Below the pieces are notes generated by a model. The model saw nothing but the letters and a program-made list of their open reading frames with translations. It made no database searches and was not told where the DNA came from. The position numbers were made by a program, and so were the translations under genes. A stretch of 64,000 bases of DNA from assembly GCA_965207075.1 (NCBI GenBank), contig CBDBLO010000002.1, positions 928,001-992,000 on the forward strand, in the 5' to 3' direction. The stretch is from Nitrosopumilus sp. (GTDB taxonomy: Archaea; Thermoproteota; Nitrososphaeria; Nitrososphaerales; Nitrosopumilaceae). Shown here piece by piece: positions 58,578-64,000 of the stretch; within the stretch, counting starts at the first letter, position 1; each line of letters starts with the position of its first letter.

Positions 58578-58996
58578 CCGAACCTGTACATTGCACTGTC
58601 CATGTCCGATATGCGGCCGCCGCCCAGCGCGACGCCCTCCCTTGCAAGCATCTCCTCTTTTACCTCTGTCCCGTAGGCATACCCGCCAACGTCTCCTGTG
58701 GACATGACGACTCTGTGGCACGGTATTATGGACGGGTATGGGTTTTTGTTCATGATCCTGCCAATTGCGCGCTGCCCATTCCTGAGGCCTGCCGCCCTTG
58801 CAAGCTCGCCGTATGTGGTGACTTTGCCCTTTGGGACCCTTGCAAGCATGCCGTACACCTTCTGCTCTAGCGCTCCAAGATGGTGTGCTGTTGGGGCTTC
58901 TGGTGATGATGACGACGACGATGATGACGATGACGACGACGACGATCTCGCCGCCGCCCCGCTTCCATTTGTTATCCTACCCGCCGTCGCGGTCAT
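58574..58996 (-). CDS. ogt: MGMT family O6-alkylguanine-DNA alkyltransferase (single domain)
   Basis: VPKGKVTTYGELA, RAIG and active-site PCHRV; poly-Ser N-terminus. Confidence 0.9.
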   Translation of the reverse strand: MTATAGRITNGSGAAARSSSSSSSSSSSSSSPEAPTAHHLGALEQKVYGMLARVPKGKVTTYGELARAAGLRNGQRAIGRIMNKNPYPSIIPCHRVVMSTGDVGGYAYGTEVKEEMLAREGVALGGGRISDMDSAMYRFG

Positions 58997-59850
58997 ATCC
59001 TGCTTACCTCCAGCCCCGATTCTGCCAGCAGTTTCCCGATCCTGCCCTTGTCGGATCCCGGAATGCCGCCCCAGTCGAGCAGCGCCTCTGTCGCCATGCC
59101 GTTACGCTCCAGTATGTGACGGAACAGCGCGCCGTCTATCTGCGGCATGGCCCTCTTTGGGATCACGGTTCCAAGCGCGCGCCGGCCGTGCAGAATCTCG
59201 TCTGTAAATTTTTGCGGATAGTGCGTCCCGCCAAAGCAGACTGCCACCGGACTGCTTGTATCCACCCCCGATGATACGGTCTCGTGTACAGCGTCTGCCA
59301 CCATGCCGCACAGCGCGTCGTCGCCCCACTGTTCCGGGGTGGTTCCAACCTCTATGAACAGCGACGGCCTGCCGAGCGCGCTGGGCCCGTGGTGGGTGGC
59401 CTCTATGGTGATGTCGAACTCTCCGAACCTGCCGCTTCTCTCCTTCTCCTCGTGTATCCTGCGCAGGTATGCCCTTTGCAGGTGGGGGTGTGGCAGCGCC
59501 ACCTCTGAATCGTTTCCGCCGAATTCGGCCCTGCCAAAGTTGCCGGTACTGTGGCACGTCAGTGCAAGCACGCCGGACTCTGCCGAATGCCTTGATAGAA
59601 AGACGTATCCGTCGTATCCCCCGGCCCTTGCCACCTCCGTGTCCTCCAGCCAGTCTGCGGATATGGCGGGGGTGGATATGGTTATCATGTCGTAGTGTCT
59701 GGAGCGCCAGAAACCCGAGATGCGGGCGTCGTATGCGGACTTGGCATCCACGCCACCACCGGCCGGCCCGTCGTTCTCCATATTTGCTGCAAGGTGGGCC
59801 GCCATGCGGCTTCCGGCCGGATCGCCGTCAAACGCGACCAACAGTTCCAT
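58993..59850 (-). CDS. dtdA: D-aminoacyl-tRNA deacylase (archaeal DTD2)
   Basis: SRH, LTCHSTGN, EATHHGP, FIEVG and FGGTHY. Confidence 0.93.
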   Translation of the reverse strand: MELLVAFDGDPAGSRMAAHLAANMENDGPAGGGVDAKSAYDARISGFWRSRHYDMITISTPAISADWLEDTEVARAGGYDGYVFLSRHSAESGVLALTCHSTGNFGRAEFGGNDSEVALPHPHLQRAYLRRIHEEKERSGRFGEFDITIEATHHGPSALGRPSLFIEVGTTPEQWGDDALCGMVADAVHETVSSGVDTSSPVAVCFGGTHYPQKFTDEILHGRRALGTVIPKRAMPQIDGALFRHILERNGMATEALLDWGGIPGSDKGRIGKLLAESGLEVSRI

Positions 59851-59888
59851 AAAGAACAGATATAAGTAAACCCTATTAATTTTCCGCG

Positions 59889-60068
59889 TTGAGGTTCAAT
59901 CCGAGGCATACGCTTAAGAACATGGCCAACACCATGAAGATGGCCAAAAAGCCTGACCGGGACGAGTATCAGCAGCACCTGAGACTTGTCCTGCTTGGAA
60001 TCGCCGGCGTGGGTACTATAGGATTCATAATACAGTTCGTATTCTCGGTAATCACGTATGGTAGATAG
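59889..60068 (+). CDS. secE: Protein translocase subunit SecE (Sec61 gamma)
   Basis: Below the ORF-track cutoff: MRFNPRHTLKNMANTMKMAKKPDRDEYQQHLRLVLLGIAGVGTIGFIIQFVFSVITYGR, directly upstream of spt5. Confidence 0.9.
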   Translation: MRFNPRHTLKNMANTMKMAKKPDRDEYQQHLRLVLLGIAGVGTIGFIIQFVFSVITYGR

Positions 60069-60070
60069 AG

Positions 60071-60529
60071 TTGTCTGAGGAGATAGAGTCACACCTGTTT
60101 GCAATCCGAACCACTGGGGGCCAGGAGAAAGTGGTCATGCGCCTGCTGGAGGCAAAGGCCAATGCCAACAAGGTGCACATACAGTCGGTCATGCTTGTGG
60201 AGAACCTAAAGGGATACGTGGTCATAGAGGCCCTGAGCCCGAACGACGCGTTCATGGCCGTCGACGGCGTCCGGCACATCCGCGGGCAGCTTCGCGGGGA
60301 GCTTGCGTTTGGCGACATCGAGGGGTATCTGGTCAAAAAGTCCACCATCTCGCAGCTCGAGGTGGACAATGTGATCGAGATCACCGGCGGGCCGTTCAAG
60401 GGCATGAAGGCCACGATAACCAGGATTGACGCCGAGAAGGAGGAGGCTACGGTGGTGCTGCTTGACGCCGCGTACCAGCTGCCGGTTACGGTGGACGCAA
60501 ACTACCTCAAGCTCTCAAACGGGGCGTAG
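60071..60529 (+). CDS. spt5: Transcription elongation factor Spt5
   Basis: RTTGGQE, LKGYV and KOW motif ITGGPFKG. Confidence 0.96.
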   Translation: MSEEIESHLFAIRTTGGQEKVVMRLLEAKANANKVHIQSVMLVENLKGYVVIEALSPNDAFMAVDGVRHIRGQLRGELAFGDIEGYLVKKSTISQLEVDNVIEITGGPFKGMKATITRIDAEKEEATVVLLDAAYQLPVTVDANYLKLSNGA

Positions 60530-60577
60530 CGACGGGGCGGCAAAGGGTTAAATTTTTCATCGAAAGGCGGGTTTACA

Positions 60578-61060
60578 ATGGGCGAGCAAAAGATTTCATC
60601 ACTGGTAACGGGCGGAGCCGCATCCGCGGGGCCTCCGCTTGGGCCCGCACTGGGCCCGCTCGGCGTGAACATAATGGAGGTTATCGGCGCCATCAACGAA
60701 AAGACAAAGGACTTTGAGGGCATGAAGGTGCCCGTGACGGTGGCCGTGGACAGCGACACAAAAAAGTACACGATAGAGATCGGCATCCCGTCTGCAGCTG
60801 CCCTCGTCATGAAGGAGGCCGGCATACAGAAGGGATCCGGCGCGTCCGGAACCGAGTGGGCCGGCGAGATTACCATGGACGCGGTTGCAAAGGTTGCAGG
60901 CACCAAGCTGGAGGCCTCTTACGCGTCGTCGCTAAAGTCGGTCGCAAAGACCGTCGTGGGGACGTGCCTTGCGCTCGGGGTCAAGATAGAGGGAAAGACC
61001 CCCAAGGAGATCACGGCCGAGATCGACGACGGCAAGTGGGATGAAAAGCTCGCCTCTTGA
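60578..61060 (+). CDS. rpl11: 50S ribosomal protein L11
   Basis: GPPLGPALGPLGVN and GTCLALGV. Confidence 0.97.
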   Translation: MGEQKISSLVTGGAASAGPPLGPALGPLGVNIMEVIGAINEKTKDFEGMKVPVTVAVDSDTKKYTIEIGIPSAAALVMKEAGIQKGSGASGTEWAGEITMDAVAKVAGTKLEASYASSLKSVAKTVVGTCLALGVKIEGKTPKEITAEIDDGKWDEKLAS

Positions 61061-61150
61061 CATGCGGCTCGGGCCCTAGCGGCTGAAGTGCGGTGACGAC
61101 GGCAACAGCAGCGGCAGCAGCAATCACAAGTCCGTGCCGTGTACTGGCAT

Positions 61151-61615
61151 CTACTGGCGCCTCTCTATCAGATAGGCGGGATCCTTCTCCGTCTTTTGCA
61201 GCTCAACCAGCGTTTCCGTGCTCTGTATGCCCGATATCTTGCCGATCTTTTCTATCACTATGGAGTGGAGCTCCTCGAGGTTCCTTGCGTGCACCCTTAT
61301 CATGATGTCAAACCGCCCGGTAACCTCGGATATCGACTCGACCTCTTGCGCCTCCATCAGGCTGTCGTGTATGGACTCCTTGAGCTTTGGGTCGCGCTTT
61401 ATCCCCACCGATGCCCTCACCCCGATGCCGAGAAGGCTGTCGTCTATGATTATGGTGTATTTCTTGATAAGTCCCTTTTTGACAAGCCTCTTTATGCGGC
61501 TGTACAGCACCGACGTGCTGATGTCCATGCTTGATGCCAGTGCGGGGACGGAGACAGAACTGTCCGCAGCAAGCTCGTACAGGAGCCTCATGTCCAGGCT
61601 GTCAAACTGCTTCAA
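61151..61615 (-). CDS. Lrp/AsnC family transcriptional regulator
   Basis: DSLDMRLL HTH, RIKRLVKKGLIK and EVTGRFD (RAM domain); TTG 61615 with TATA at 61638-61645. Confidence 0.92.
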   Translation of the reverse strand: MKQFDSLDMRLLYELAADSSVSVPALASSMDISTSVLYSRIKRLVKKGLIKKYTIIIDDSLLGIGVRASVGIKRDPKLKESIHDSLMEAQEVESISEVTGRFDIMIRVHARNLEELHSIVIEKIGKISGIQSTETLVELQKTEKDPAYLIERRQ

Positions 61616-61650
61616 TAATCGGCTTGAAAAGCCCGTGTTAATATACCTAG

Positions 61651-61683
61651 TTTTTTGCAAAAAATATCGGTTTTTTGCAAATA
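61651..61683. promoter_or_regulatory. Palindromic operator array upstream of the Lrp gene
   Basis: TTTTTTGCAAAAAA (61651-61664) and TTTTTTGCAAATA (61671-61683), 20 bp apart and next to the BRE/TATA. Confidence 0.6.
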
Positions 61684-61788
61684 TTGACTGCCGCCAATGA
61701 TATCATTGGAATTCTTGCACAAATCCGCGCGTGTATACGGCTCAGGCCGTGCCGGACTGCAGACTGCAGACTGCAGGCGCGCCACGCC

Positions 61789-62397
61789 TCACTGCAGGGG
61801 GGCGCCGCCTTCACGCACTCCCGCGACTACGGATCTCATTCCGTCTATCGTGATTCTTGCGACGTCTATCTTTTTTCTGACGTCCTTGACGCTGTTGCCA
61901 TATACGGCAAAGCCTGCAAGCTCGTCGTACATCTCCACCGTAATTTCGAATATGCGCTCGGCCTCGCCGGTTTTGCCGGACCTCATCATGTCGAGCGTCA
62001 GGCGCTTCATCTCGCCTATGGCGTCAAGCAGTCCCAGCACGTACGGGACGTCTGCAACCCCGAGCATTCTGGGCGTGGGAATCCGTTTCTTGCGTACGAC
62101 GGCGATCAGGCAGGCGGCCTCTGTTATCTCCTGTTCCGGCACCGCGAGGTACTGCCGCAGCCCCCCCTTCCCCGCCTTTGCCTTGTATTTCTTGAGCAGT
62201 GCGCGCGCCTTGCCAAGCTGCCTTGCCCCCTGTTCCGTGTCGCCTCTGTGGACAGACACTATGGACCTGCTGCACAATCCTATGATCCCCCTTGCATTCT
62301 TTAGTAGGAACTCCCTGTCCGTGTGGTTCGTCTCGCACCCCTTCATTATGCGCGACAGCTCGGGTCCCGCGCTGCCCAGGGCCGTGCCATGCGCCAT
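61789..62397 (-). CDS. Translin family (C3PO-like) RNA-binding protein
   Basis: DREFLLK, EQEITEA, YVLGLLDAIGEMKR and VRKKID. Confidence 0.88.
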   Translation of the reverse strand: MAHGTALGSAGPELSRIMKGCETNHTDREFLLKNARGIIGLCSRSIVSVHRGDTEQGARQLGKARALLKKYKAKAGKGGLRQYLAVPEQEITEAACLIAVVRKKRIPTPRMLGVADVPYVLGLLDAIGEMKRLTLDMMRSGKTGEAERIFEITVEMYDELAGFAVYGNSVKDVRKKIDVARITIDGMRSVVAGVREGGAPLQ

Positions 62398-62727
62398 GCC
62401 GTTCTGAATTCTTGATGTGGAATAAACCTATTGGACGTGCGGGATCGTGCCGCTGCCCGGATGCGTAACAAGGAAGTGATTGCCGCTTTTCTCCACCCGC
62501 GGCCGGCTCTCTGCGCCGGGCCGGCGGGAGCGGGCAGGTGGCAGGCCTGCCAGTTGTCGGGCCGCCTGCAGAGATACATGCGGCGGTTCGAGGGCGCGGT
62601 CTGGAACCGTTCCGTCCGTGGCGCCACCGGTTCTGCCCATCTGCCCATCTGCCCACCCTAGATCGGGTCCCGGAGGTCTATAATCGTCACGGCCAACGGT
62701 TTTACACGATGGGATGGACGCGTTGGT

Positions 62728-63348
62728 ATGAGGTATGAGGCAAGGTCGTATGCGGACGTGGGCGAGATCATGCATGCCGTGATGACTGAGGTGCTGGCCG
62801 ACGGGTGGGAGCCCGATGTCATAGTGTCCGTGGAGCGCGGCGGGCGCGTGCCGGCCTGTATGGCCTTGGCGCACGCCAACACCGCGTGCGAGACGCCTGC
62901 CGAGCTGGCGCTGGTAAAGGCGTCAAAATACAGCGATTCCGGAAACGTCCTGCATGAGGTACGCGTAGACGAGATCAGGATGCCGCGGAGGGGCGCGTGC
63001 CGCATGCTGGTCGTCGACGACGTGCTCGAGACCGGCGATACGATGCGCGGCGTGGTGCGGAAACTGGACCGGTACGCGTCCGACATCCGTGTGGCTGCGG
63101 CGTTCAAAAAGTCGTCATACTCGGACAGGGACGTGATGGGGTACGCGGTGTACTGCGGCGAGGAGGTGGGTGACGACGTGTGGATCGTGCCGGAGTGGGA
63201 GGATGACGAATACCGGAAGCAGGAGGAGGCGTGCACACCACACCGGACTCGCGGGACTGGTGTCGGGGCGCGCCATGGAGCGACGCGGCGCCGACGACGA
63301 CGACGACAACGACGGGCGGACGGGCAGTCCGTAAACGGTTTTAAATAG
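62728..63348 (+). CDS. Type I phosphoribosyltransferase (purine PRT-like)
   Basis: VERGG, KASKY flexible loop, PRPP motif LVVDDVLETGDT and WIVPEWE. Confidence 0.82.
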   Translation: MRYEARSYADVGEIMHAVMTEVLADGWEPDVIVSVERGGRVPACMALAHANTACETPAELALVKASKYSDSGNVLHEVRVDEIRMPRRGACRMLVVDDVLETGDTMRGVVRKLDRYASDIRVAAAFKKSSYSDRDVMGYAVYCGEEVGDDVWIVPEWEDDEYRKQEEACTPHRTRGTGVGARHGATRRRRRRRQRRADGQSVNGFK

Positions 63349-63370
63349 GCACCATATCAGGCGTTGCGTA

Positions 63371-64000
63371 ATGATTGCCGAGGCGCAGCTTGCCGATTTG
63401 ATAAAGGGCGCAAAGGAGCCCGAGGGGCAGAAGAAGCGCAACTTTACCCAGTCCGTGGAGCTTGTAGTCGCATTCAAGGACATAGACGTCAAAAAGGGGT
63501 TCGCGATAAACGAGACCGTGCAGCTGCCAAAGACCAGCTCCCCCGCGTCGGTCTGCGTGATAGCGGGGGGCGACATGGGCCAAAAGGCCAAGCAGGCAAA
63601 CGCCGACGCGGTAGTGGGCGGCGACGAGCTTGACGGCTTTGCTGCAAACAAGCGCGAGTCGCGCAAGTTCATCAACAAGTACGACTTTTTCCTTGCCGAC
63701 ACGCAGATGATGCCCGCCGTCGGAAAGGCCCTGGGCCAGCTGCTCGGGCCCCGCGGAAAGATGCCGACCCCGGTACCGTTCAACGCTCCCATCGAGTCGT
63801 TTCTTGAGAGGTTCAGATCGTCGATCAGGGTGAGGACGCGCGCGTCGCTCTCGATATCGTGCAAGATTGGGGACGAGACCATGAGCGACGAGGACCTGGC
63901 GGTAAACGCCCATGCCGTGCTGGGGGCAATAGAGCGAAAGCTTCCAAACGGGGAGAAGAACATAAAGCGCGTGATGGTAAAGACCTCGATGGGCAGGCCG
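63371..64000 (+). CDS. rpl1: 50S ribosomal protein L1 (partial, runs off the end)
   Basis: Not in the ORF track: MIAEAQL...KRNFTQSVEL...LGQLLGPRGKMP...VKTSMGRP. Confidence 0.95.
   Translation, partial: MIAEAQLADLIKGAKEPEGQKKRNFTQSVELVVAFKDIDVKKGFAINETVQLPKTSSPASVCVIAGGDMGQKAKQANADAVVGGDELDGFAANKRESRKFINKYDFFLADTQMMPAVGKALGQLLGPRGKMPTPVPFNAPIESFLERFRSSIRVRTRASLSISCKIGDETMSDEDLAVNAHAVLGAIERKLPNGEKNIKRVMVKTSMGRP

Noticed and set aside
62676-62719. Purine-riboswitch-like sequence (TATAATCG...GTTTTAC, GTCTAT/ATGGAC pairing) before the PRT gene
   Set aside because: Lacks the P3 hairpin and the loop-loop CC partner. TTTTAC sits at the normal TATA distance from the ATG, so a promoter is the simpler reading.

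Overview
High-GC archaeal chromosome segment. Gene content and protein sequences point to an ammonia-oxidising archaeon (Nitrososphaerota/Thaumarchaeota, Nitrosopumilaceae-like). High GC, an orphan tandem substrate-binding protein and many simple-repeat expansions would fit a Cenarchaeum-like or other invertebrate-associated lineage (inference). Most of the window is core housekeeping: the exosome cluster (SBDS-rrp4-rrp41-rrp42-rpl37ae-pcc1-pfdB), rpo3/rpl18e/rpl13/rps9, two LeuC/LeuD-type dehydratase pairs, cofE, 2-oxoacid:ferredoxin oxidoreductase, the cbf5-cmk-EMC3-adk-secY-rpl15-rpl30-rps5-rpl18 block, argF, ftsY, pfdA, sod, pckA, rpl32e/rpl19e, secE-spt5-rpl11 and rpl1, plus tRNA-Gly(GCC) and an intron-containing tRNA-Ser(GGA). 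I found no integrase, transposase, CRISPR array or defence system, and cannot claim a complete new multi-gene system. The best leads are: (1) an orphan ParB-type CTPase with HTH and a probable C-terminal ribbon-helix-helix beside tRNA-Gly; (2) a compact RNA cluster at 2476-2622 with a fluoride-riboswitch-like pseudoknot and an antisense C/D box sRNA, just upstream of a CPA2 antiporter; (3) a histone-H1-like duplicated basic N-terminus missed by the ORF track; (4) an FtsY with a C-terminal acidic extension; (5) pervasive low-complexity insertions in core proteins and G/purine tracts between genes. Several start codons were refined by eye from TATA-box position; all family calls come from motif recognition, not database searches.
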